From positions 449,820 to 513,819 of the forward strand of contig CAVPSH010000001.1 in assembly GCA_963708305.1 (NCBI GenBank): DNA of 64,000 bases, given 5' to 3'. This DNA comes from an uncultured bacterium (GTDB lineage Bacteria > Verrucomicrobiota > Verrucomicrobiia > Limisphaerales > UBA11358). Positions 29,234-36,173 of the stretch are shown piece after piece. The notes under the pieces were generated by a model. It ran no database searches and was not told where the DNA came from. It worked only from the letters and a program-made list of their open reading frames with translations. The translations under genes were made by a program, and so were the position numbers. The first letter of the stretch is position 1. Each line of letters starts with the position of its first letter.

Positions 29234-29246
29234 AACTTACCTCGCC

Positions 29247-29750
29247 ATGCGCACAAAAATAATCCTTATCGCACTGTGGTTCGGCTTTCGCAACGCAGGT
29301 CTGGCTCAGAACGACACTTTTGACACTTTTGATTGGCTGTGCCCGGTGAGCTTCACAGCTACTAATGCAGCACCTAATTACGTCAGTGCGCCCAAATCTG
29401 TGCCTGTTATCAGCATTCTTCCCGAGAACATTGTCGCAGACAGCGTTCAGTTGGTTCGATTTTCGACGAATACCTTCGCTGTCAAGTGGACCTATACTGA
29501 GGCAGGTGCAAGGAGGATGCTGACATTCTGGGAAGCGCATGTGGGCCAGACAGTTTGCACCGAGGTCGGAAGTTATAAATTTACTGGAGTAATCGCTCCT
29601 TGCTTCCGGCCTCAGTCTTTCCAGCCCATGCCAGGTTGTGCAACGTATTTCGAATGGCGAGAGGGTTGGCTCAAACATCGGACCGACAAGTTTTGTGGCG
29701 TGAGTAGGGACGACGCGAAAAGGATTATGGCGGGCTTGAAAAACGGGTGA
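29247..29750 (+). CDS. integron cassette 4 ORF, secreted protein of unknown function
   Basis: 167 aa with a signal peptide (MRTKIILIALWFGFRNAGLAQ) and several Cys residues. I recognise no motif. Confidence 0.55.
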   Translation: MRTKIILIALWFGFRNAGLAQNDTFDTFDWLCPVSFTATNAAPNYVSAPKSVPVISILPENIVADSVQLVRFSTNTFAVKWTYTEAGARRMLTFWEAHVGQTVCTEVGSYKFTGVIAPCFRPQSFQPMPGCATYFEWREGWLKHRTDKFCGVSRDDAKRIMAGLKNG

Positions 29751-29757
29751 CAAAGTT

Positions 29758-29885
29758 GGCGAACAACGCGCTTGAACCAACGGCCACTGCCCTATGAGAT
29801 TTGAACGAGAAATGAAATTCGATTATTGTCATAGCATTTGGAACCTGGCTGCCCGTGGCCGTGGTTCAGCTTTGGAACGTTAGGC
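29758..29885. repeat. attC site 4 (degenerate inverse core)
   Basis: Begins GGCGAACAACGCGCTTGAACCAACGGCCAC and ends GTGGCCGTGGTTCAGCTTTGGAACGTTAGGC. Length 128 bp. Confidence 0.7.
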
Positions 29886-29905
29886 GACACTAGATCATCA
29901 ACATT

Positions 29906-30352
29906 ATGAAACTCCCGATTCGTTGGATTCTGGTTTCGGTGGTGGCCTGTGCTATTGGTTCGCTCGCCACCTATCGAATCGTTTATCACCGCGGTTATGA
30001 GAGCGGTTACAGGAACGGTGTCGATACTGCTATTGGGGAAGGCTCTTTCGGCCGAAGCGCCGGCGCTCTCGGAGTGTTGCAGTCCCTTCGGGCTGGTAAT
30101 GTTCCGCTTGCCACTCGCGTTCTGGAGAGGATTTGCTTTGACGCGGCACACATATTTTATGAAAAGCCGGCTCCCACGGGAGAGGCCCGTCGATGGGTGA
30201 GCGCACAACGGTTGATGTGGTATCCCGGCCCCGCCGAGGCCAGGGTACTTGCGCAAGAGTTGTCGCAGTATCGTGCCACTTATCGAACCAATAGCGCAGA
30301 TTGGAGTGATATGGAGCGGAAGCTGGCAGCCGAGTTGGCGAAGATAAAATGA
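29906..30352 (+). CDS. integron cassette 5 ORF, N-terminally anchored protein of unknown function
   Basis: 148 aa with one N-terminal TM segment (WILVSVVACAIGSLATY). Only a half-attC-like sequence follows it (GCCGCCAGCCACCGCC). Confidence 0.5.
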   Translation: MKLPIRWILVSVVACAIGSLATYRIVYHRGYESGYRNGVDTAIGEGSFGRSAGALGVLQSLRAGNVPLATRVLERICFDAAHIFYEKPAPTGEARRWVSAQRLMWYPGPAEARVLAQELSQYRATYRTNSADWSDMERKLAAELAKIK

Positions 30353-30487
30353 CTTTGCCGCCAGCCACCGCCTTTCAGCCCTTGAGCGCATTTTCACGGT
30401 TGACATCTTCGGTCTCGCATGGCTCAGTGGCCGCCCGCGGCGCAGAGAGTGCCGCACGAATCGAACCTTGAACCCAGGAGACTAATC

Positions 30488-30847
30488 ATGAAAAAAGCGG
30501 AATTGAAAAACTTCGGAAAGCCAGACGAAGTCCGTCAGTTTCCCAACGGACAGGTAGATGTGGTCAAGATCGGTGGCGCGACCGTTGGGCGTGCCGTCCT
30601 CAAGCCGGGCTGGCGCTGGTCCACGTCCGTTCAGCCTATCGCCAAGACCAGGAGCTGCGAGGCGGCGCATTTTCAATATCACATTTCAGGTGTGCTGCGG
30701 ATCCGCATGGATGATGGGACGGAGCTTGATTGCAAGCCGGGCGACGTTTCCCTGTTGCCTCCGGGCCATGATGCATGGGTCGTTGGCAGCGAGCCCGTCG
30801 TTGTGGTTGATTTCCAGGGCATGGTGGATTACGCAAAGTCGCTGTAA
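30488..30847 (+). CDS. cupin-domain protein
   Basis: 119 aa. Its small beta-barrel-like sequence (HFQYHISGVLRIRMDDGTE...PGDVSLLPPGHDAWV) resembles the two cupin motifs. Confidence 0.6.
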   Translation: MKKAELKNFGKPDEVRQFPNGQVDVVKIGGATVGRAVLKPGWRWSTSVQPIAKTRSCEAAHFQYHISGVLRIRMDDGTELDCKPGDVSLLPPGHDAWVVGSEPVVVVDFQGMVDYAKSL

Positions 30848-30873
30848 TGCCGGGCACTGGTCGCCGTGCCAAT

Positions 30874-31086
30874 ATGAATGACTTGCCGCAAGACTTTGCT
30901 GGCGCGCTGAAGAACGCCGGTCTGGCGGCCTTCTTCGCCGATTGCACCAACGCGCATCGCGGCGAATATCTGAAATGGATTGCCGGGGCAAAACGGCCTG
31001 AGACAAGAAAGGCCCGAATCGGGAGAGCCATAATAATGCTCACGGAAAAGCGCGCCGAGGAAGCACGCACAAAGAAGCCCGGTTGA
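30874..31086 (+). CDS. YdeI/OmpD-associated family small protein
   Basis: HRGEYLKWIAGAKRPETRKARIGRAI is typical of the YdeI/OmdA family. Confidence 0.55.
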   Translation: MNDLPQDFAGALKNAGLAAFFADCTNAHRGEYLKWIAGAKRPETRKARIGRAIIMLTEKRAEEARTKKPG

Positions 31087-31142
31087 AATCAAAGGTTTCT
31101 CGTTCGAACAAATCCAGCGGAAACTGGCAATCGAATGAGCGG

Positions 31143-31568
31143 TTAAATCCGCTGCTCGTCCAGGTCAATCACATCCACGAACGTCTTGACGTCGTCACGG
31201 TGCAAGCCGTGGCATTGTTCCTTGCGCATTTTCAATCGCGCCAGGGCGGCTTCATCGCCCGGCAACGGCCGGCTGAGCATGTCCTTGGCGTAAGCCGCCT
31301 TATCGGCCGCGGATTTTTTCACGTTCTGTCGGACCCAGTCGCAGACCTGGCCGTCGGTGAGAGATTTTTTCACCACGTCCATCATCTGCTCGTGCGTGAC
31401 ACCGGCGTATTTGAGCCACATCGCGTCGAAACCCTTGCCAAGATTTTCCTGATAATCGGAGTGCAGTTGGCCCGCCAGGTGCAGGCGGATTTTGTCAACG
31501 TAACGCGGCAGATACATCCAGCCGTCCATTGTTTCGCGCGGGCTGCGCGGATAAATGATGTCGCTCAT
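31143..31568 (-). CDS. DUF5069-like protein
   Basis: MSDIIYPRSPRETMDGWMYLPRYVDKIRLHLAGQL..DY...LGKGFD. The start is set at 31568. Confidence 0.5.
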   Translation of the reverse strand: MSDIIYPRSPRETMDGWMYLPRYVDKIRLHLAGQLHSDYQENLGKGFDAMWLKYAGVTHEQMMDVVKKSLTDGQVCDWVRQNVKKSAADKAAYAKDMLSRPLPGDEAALARLKMRKEQCHGLHRDDVKTFVDVIDLDEQRI

Positions 31569-31698
31569 GCGCCCATCATTCCCATCCCGTCGCAAACTGT
31601 CAACTGCGCCGGAAAATAAAACAGGTCGCGCGCAGGCCGCGAAGCAAGCAAAGTCGAAATTCGGTTGAAAAAAATCCCCGCCCGGCCATCTTCCGTCC

Positions 31699-33153
31699 AT
31701 GCAACCATTCGATTATGACGTGGCGATTCTGGGCGGCGGCAGTGCCGGCTATGCGGCAGCCCGTACCGCGGCCAGCGCGGGTTTGAAAACCGTCGTCGTC
31801 GAGGGTGGCGAGAAGGTCGGCGGATTGTGCATCCTGCGCGGTTGCATGCCCACCAAGGCCTTGCTCTACGCCGCGGAAGTGATGCATCTGGCCAGCCACC
31901 CCGAACCGTGGGGCATTCGCGCCGGAAGGGTCGGCTTCGATCTCAAGAAGGTGATGGCGCAAAAAAACAGGCTGATCAAGGATTTTGCCGATCATCGCGT
32001 GAAGCAGCTCAATGCCGGAAAGTTCGAATTCATCCGGGCCAACGCGCGATTTGTGGATGCGCACACAGTGGAATTGAATTCTCTTTGTAGCAGCGGACGT
32101 AAGTCCGCTCATTCTTCAAAATTGGAAGTTGAACAGAGCCGACTGACGTCGGCTGCTACACTCCGATCAAAAAACTTCATCATCGCCACCGGTTCCACCA
32201 TTGCGCCGTCGCCGCTGCCGCAACTCAACGAAACAGGGTTCATCACCAGCGACGATGCGCTGGTGCTCAAGCGGCTGCCGAAGTCGCTGATTGTTCTCGG
32301 CGGCGGCGCGGTGGCGTGCGAGTTTGCCCAGTTTTTCGAGCGCTTCGGAGTCAAGGTCACGCTCATCCAGCGCAGTGAACATATTTTGAAGGAATTTGAT
32401 TCCGATGCGGCAGCGGAGATCGAAAAGGTCTTCCGGAGGGAAGGCATGAAAGTTTTTACCGGCACCAGGCTCGTGGATGCGAAGCGAAAGGGGACACTTA
32501 AGACTGTTGCGTTTGAACACGAAGGGAAAACGGTTGCTGTTTCCGCCGAGGAAATCTTGTTTGCACTCGGGCGCGTGCCCAATACGGCGTCGTTGGATCT
32601 CGAAAACGCCGGCGTGAAAACCGACAACGGGCGCATCATCACGAACGAGCTGATGCAAACCAGCGTGCCGCACATTTTCGCCGGAGGCGATTGCACCGGG
32701 CCGCATGAAATCGTTCACATTGCCGTCCAGCAGGGCGAAATTGCGGCGCACAACATCACCAATCCAAGCGCGCTGCGCCGGATGGATTATCGGTTGCTGA
32801 TTTCGGTTGTGTTCACCGAACCGCAGGTGGCCTTTGTGGGTTTGACGGAGAAGGAGGCAAAAGCGCGCGGTATTCCTTATCTGGCGGCGAGTTATCCGTT
32901 CAACGACCACGGCAAATCACTCATCATGGAGGCCAAGGACGGTTTCGTAAAATTGCTGGCGGATCCGAACTCCGGCGAAATCATCGGCGGCGCCTGTATC
33001 GGTCCGGTGGGCGGCGAACTCATTCACGAGATTGTCGCAGCGATGGCCAAACGCATGACCGTTCACGAACTGGCTGCAATGCCGCATTATCACCCGACGC
33101 TGGCGGAGATCTGGACCTATCCGGCGGAGGAACTGGCGGAGAAAGTCCTGTGA
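31699..33153 (+). CDS. class I pyridine nucleotide-disulfide oxidoreductase (Lpd/MerA-like flavoprotein) carrying a 25-aa REPIN-encoded insert
   Basis: It has the FAD motif DVAILGGGSAGYAAA, the redox disulfide GGLCILRGCMPTK, the NAD motif LIVLGGGAVACEFA, and a C-terminal HYHPTLAE. Confidence 0.85.
   Translation: MQPFDYDVAILGGGSAGYAAARTAASAGLKTVVVEGGEKVGGLCILRGCMPTKALLYAAEVMHLASHPEPWGIRAGRVGFDLKKVMAQKNRLIKDFADHRVKQLNAGKFEFIRANARFVDAHTVELNSLCSSGRKSAHSSKLEVEQSRLTSAATLRSKNFIIATGSTIAPSPLPQLNETGFITSDDALVLKRLPKSLIVLGGGAVACEFAQFFERFGVKVTLIQRSEHILKEFDSDAAAEIEKVFRREGMKVFTGTRLVDAKRKGTLKTVAFEHEGKTVAVSAEEILFALGRVPNTASLDLENAGVKTDNGRIITNELMQTSVPHIFAGGDCTGPHEIVHIAVQQGEIAAHNITNPSALRRMDYRLLISVVFTEPQVAFVGLTEKEAKARGIPYLAASYPFNDHGKSLIMEAKDGFVKLLADPNSGEIIGGACIGPVGGELIHEIVAAMAKRMTVHELAAMPHYHPTLAEIWTYPAEELAEKVL
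32086..32160. repeat. REPIN doublet (family A) inside a coding sequence, in frame
   Basis: TGTAGCAGCGGACgtaaGTCCGCTC ... CAGAGCCGACtgacGTCGGCTGCTACA. It is 75 bp, starts on a codon boundary and translates as CSSGRKSAHSSKLEVEQSRLTSAAT. Confidence 0.9.
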
Positions 33154-33154
33154 T

Positions 33155-34783
33155 TCAGTTTGGTTTTGCCGGTCTGGCGCGGCGCGAAACGAGCCATTGG
33201 ATTGAAAACGGAATCAGCCAGAACAGATTCAGCCAGAGCCAATGATTGTTTATGAACTCGGCCGAGCGGCGAAACAAATTAGGCATGAGAAATTGTCGGG
33301 CGATTTCGTTATTGGCCTGTGCGGCCCAGGCAAACTGGCCGAGGGCAAAATCGTGTGCCAGCGCGAACATTCCTGCCGCCGCGTTCCAGGCGACGGCAAA
33401 GCAACCCACGGCCTGCCAGCCAATCGTCAGCCCGCCAAAAAACGCCCAGACGCCCAAAGCGATACCGCCGAGGGCAAATATCCCCACGGACAGGCCGCCC
33501 AGTGACAGTATGCCGATGGACAAGCCGCCGAGGCTCAACGGCGCGATCGCCAATCCGCCACACGCAAACAATCCGCCGATCGCCGAGTGGCCCACGGCAA
33601 TCCACGCCTTCACCGGCTTTTTCAGGATCGCAAACCGGTCGCCGATGCGGATATGGATGAGTGGCAGGCCGAACAAGCTCAAATGGCTGCGATATTCCCA
33701 CGCCGGTTTGGGAAAGACGCCGGCGTATTCCTGCGCCAGAATTCGTGAGTAATATTGGCGACCCTTGCGTGATGAAGCGGCGCTAAGAATAACAATTGCG
33801 GGCAGGAAAATCAGGAGCAGACAGGTAGCGAAGAGGCCGGACAAATACGAACGGTCAGGCTGGTTCCGGGTCAACCACAAGACGATTGCCGCCAATGGGA
33901 TGAACAAGGCCAGGGTAATCGCGCCGACTTTTCCGAACAGGGATTTGACACCGGCGCGTTCCTCACCCGACTGCGCTCCGGCCAGCATGACACGGTAAGC
34001 GATGTAATTGGGCACAAAGAAAATTAACGGACCCAACCAGACACCGAACAAACCCATGACACCGGCGGTCTTCGCGGTCGCGCCTTTTGCCGCCACGCCA
34101 ACCACCGCCGCCTTGGCGGAAATCGTGAGTCCGGGCAGCGAAGCCAGGACGGCCAGGGTGAAGGCCTTGCCCGGATTTGTCCGTTCGAGCGCGCCTTCCA
34201 CAAACGCCAGCACCTGTTCCTGCAACAGTTTTCGTCCGCGTGACAGCCGTTGATGTACGGCGTCCTCGCTCAATTCCAACGCCTGCGCCACGCGCTCGAC
34301 GGACTGGTGTTCGCGGTAAAACAACACCATCGGTTCGCGGTAGGTTTCGGGAATGGTTTGCAGCGAACGCCAGAGAATGGCCTCCTCTTCCCGGCTCATG
34401 ACGTAATCGGGCGGCAACGGTTCCGGGGCGTGCGATTCGGAGAGATTTTCCAGCGGCTCGGCGTCCCGCACCGGCTCGCGGCCTTCCCGACGGAGAAAGC
34501 CGTTGATGCGGTTGCGCGCAATGCCGCAAAGCCAGGCGCGAAGCTTGTCGCGTTCACGCAGGTGGCTGAGGTGTTTCCACGCGGTGATGAAGGTTTCCTG
34601 CGCCAGATCCTCGCTCTGGCCGAGGCTGCCGGTGGCGCTGTAAGCCAGCGAACAAATGAGCGATTGATAGCGCGTAATAATCCGGCCAAAGGCGTCGCGG
34701 TCGCCGGACAGGGTTTCGCCCACCAGATCGGCATCGGTTGGAATCGCGAGGGACATGGCTTTTGTGGTCATCATACCACGCAT
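33155..34783 (-). CDS. ECF sigma-70 factor fused to a large polytopic membrane domain
   Basis: Region 2 (DLAQETFITAWKHL) and region 4 (SVERVAQALELSEDAVHQRLSRGRKLL) are followed by about 330 aa of TM helices that include GG(L/I)x(I/V)G glycine-zipper repeats. Confidence 0.75.
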   Translation of the reverse strand: MRGMMTTKAMSLAIPTDADLVGETLSGDRDAFGRIITRYQSLICSLAYSATGSLGQSEDLAQETFITAWKHLSHLRERDKLRAWLCGIARNRINGFLRREGREPVRDAEPLENLSESHAPEPLPPDYVMSREEEAILWRSLQTIPETYREPMVLFYREHQSVERVAQALELSEDAVHQRLSRGRKLLQEQVLAFVEGALERTNPGKAFTLAVLASLPGLTISAKAAVVGVAAKGATAKTAGVMGLFGVWLGPLIFFVPNYIAYRVMLAGAQSGEERAGVKSLFGKVGAITLALFIPLAAIVLWLTRNQPDRSYLSGLFATCLLLIFLPAIVILSAASSRKGRQYYSRILAQEYAGVFPKPAWEYRSHLSLFGLPLIHIRIGDRFAILKKPVKAWIAVGHSAIGGLFACGGLAIAPLSLGGLSIGILSLGGLSVGIFALGGIALGVWAFFGGLTIGWQAVGCFAVAWNAAAGMFALAHDFALGQFAWAAQANNEIARQFLMPNLFRRSAEFINNHWLWLNLFWLIPFSIQWLVSRRARPAKPN

Positions 34784-34885
34784 AAGTGGTCGATCAGCGG
34801 AATAACTGACAAACTATCTGGCAGTTTGATCCACGAACTTGTTACCGCACCGGCTGGTCATCCGGTCCCGGCCGAAAAAATCCAC

Positions 34886-35902
34886 TTACCGAGCTTTCGG
34901 TGCGAACATCTGCGCGGCCATTTTCATTCCGGCGATCTGCAGGTCGCGCTGTGCCTTTTGGAAACCCTGAAAAGCCGCGAGTTGTTCCGCAGTCAGAATC
35001 TGCTGCGCTTGCGTGAGGAATTGCTGGTCAAACCGCTCCTTGTCCTGTGCGAATCGGTTGATGTTATCCTCGTTGAACATTGAGGCGAAATCGCCATTGG
35101 CCATGCCGGGCTTGTTGTTCAAATCGGTCGTCCATTTGAAATTGCTGCGCGCGTCACCCATGGCCTGAATCAATTGGTCCTGCTGCCTGGCATTCAACGC
35201 CGTCGCCGTTCCGGCCAGTTGCTCGTTGAACTGGCTGACCGTCGTCCGGTCGGGAAGCGTTTTCTCATAAGTCTGGAACGTCTGATAGTTCGCATCACCC
35301 AGAAATTGTTTGATCTGGCTTTCGATATCGTCGGTCTGGCTCTTGACCTGTTTTGCCAGATCGGCGCGCTGTGCAGCGTCCAGGGTGTTATCCAGCATCG
35401 AGAAACCGGCATCTGTGCCGGCGAACGCTTTCTTTTCGAGCAAATCCTTCAGCGCAGCGGTTTGCTCCGGCGTCAGGTTCAGTTGTTGAAACAACGAGCC
35501 GTATTGCTTGTCCAGCATGGGTCCGATGACCGCTTTTTGCTGCGACTTGATCATCTCCCGCATCGTCGGGTTCTTGAAGATCGCGGCATAAGCTTGCATG
35601 GGGCTGTTGGTTTTCGCCACCGCCAGCGATTGTTCCAGGTGTTCGGCCTTTTTTGATTGTTCCGCTGCGCCGGCCTCGGTTTCGGCCAATATCTGCTGTA
35701 AAATTTTCTCATTCGCCGCGGCAAATTGGGCGTGCTCGATGGCCTCGCTTTGCGTCTGCAACTCCGCCTTTTCGGCGGCCAGTTGGGTTTCGGTTTGCGC
35801 GAGTTGAGCGGACTGGCTTTTGATTTGGTTTTGCTGATTCAGACACCACGCGCCGAGCGCAATCGTCGTGATGGCCAGAAGGGTGATGACAAGATTCTTC
35901 AT
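34886..35902 (-). CDS. periplasmic coiled-coil protein with LTXXQ motifs (Spy/CpxP-like)
   Basis: N-terminal anchor MKNLVITLLAITTIALGA, a Gln/Ala-rich coiled coil, and the motifs LTPEQTAALKDLL and LTAEQLAAFQGF. Confidence 0.55.
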   Translation of the reverse strand: MKNLVITLLAITTIALGAWCLNQQNQIKSQSAQLAQTETQLAAEKAELQTQSEAIEHAQFAAANEKILQQILAETEAGAAEQSKKAEHLEQSLAVAKTNSPMQAYAAIFKNPTMREMIKSQQKAVIGPMLDKQYGSLFQQLNLTPEQTAALKDLLEKKAFAGTDAGFSMLDNTLDAAQRADLAKQVKSQTDDIESQIKQFLGDANYQTFQTYEKTLPDRTTVSQFNEQLAGTATALNARQQDQLIQAMGDARSNFKWTTDLNNKPGMANGDFASMFNEDNINRFAQDKERFDQQFLTQAQQILTAEQLAAFQGFQKAQRDLQIAGMKMAAQMFAPKAR

Positions 35903-35976
35903 AGAAGGGCGCATTGGAATGCTACCACCGCACGAGCGGCCGGCCAGCACAAAAAGCGGTAGTGGTCCTGATTTAA

Positions 35977-36047
35977 GGAGCGCGGCTTTTATGCCGCTTC
36001 AGCGTCCATTGCATTGATGCGTTGAAGCGGGCTGAAGCCCGCGCTCC
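35977..36047. repeat. long imperfect hairpin with GGAGCGC termini (family B)
   Basis: GGAGCGCGGCTTTTATGCCGCTTCAGCG ... CGTTGAAGCGGGCTGAAGCCCGCGCTCC. Confidence 0.6.
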
Positions 36048-36173
36048 GGAGACAAATTTGGACACTTCCCAAAAAAGCAGCGGGCTTTTCACGGTTTTAC
36101 CCGCAAAATTGCGGAAAGGGCGGCGGGGATTTCCTGACGCAATGTCCGACCGGCAGTTGCGTTCTGATTTGCC

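Larger units (their letters stand above)
27592..30400. mobile_element. degenerate chromosomal integron (intI remnant, attI, at least 5 cassettes, 4 attC sites)
   Basis: The intI remnant is on the minus strand and a GTTAGGC core sits at 27990. Four of the five plus-strand cassette ORFs are followed by an imperfect palindrome running from GCCTAAC to GTTAGGC. GC is lower here than in the flanks. Confidence 0.85.

Noticed and set aside
28276-29885. Regularly spaced repeats that could be mistaken for a CRISPR array. The same question arose for the tandem 7-mers at 7401-7475.
   Set aside because: The repeats are 99-133 bp imperfect palindromes with RYYYAAC/GTTRRRY ends, and the intervals between them contain ORFs, so they are attC sites. 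The 7-mers form a single hairpin inside a gene. No cas genes are present.
29136-30457. Minus-strand ORFs 29136-29780 (214 aa) and 29792-30457 (221 aa) across the cassette region.
   Set aside because: They run through attC sites and cassette boundaries. They lack signal or domain features, and they oppose plus-strand ORFs that fit the cassette structure and have clear signal peptides.
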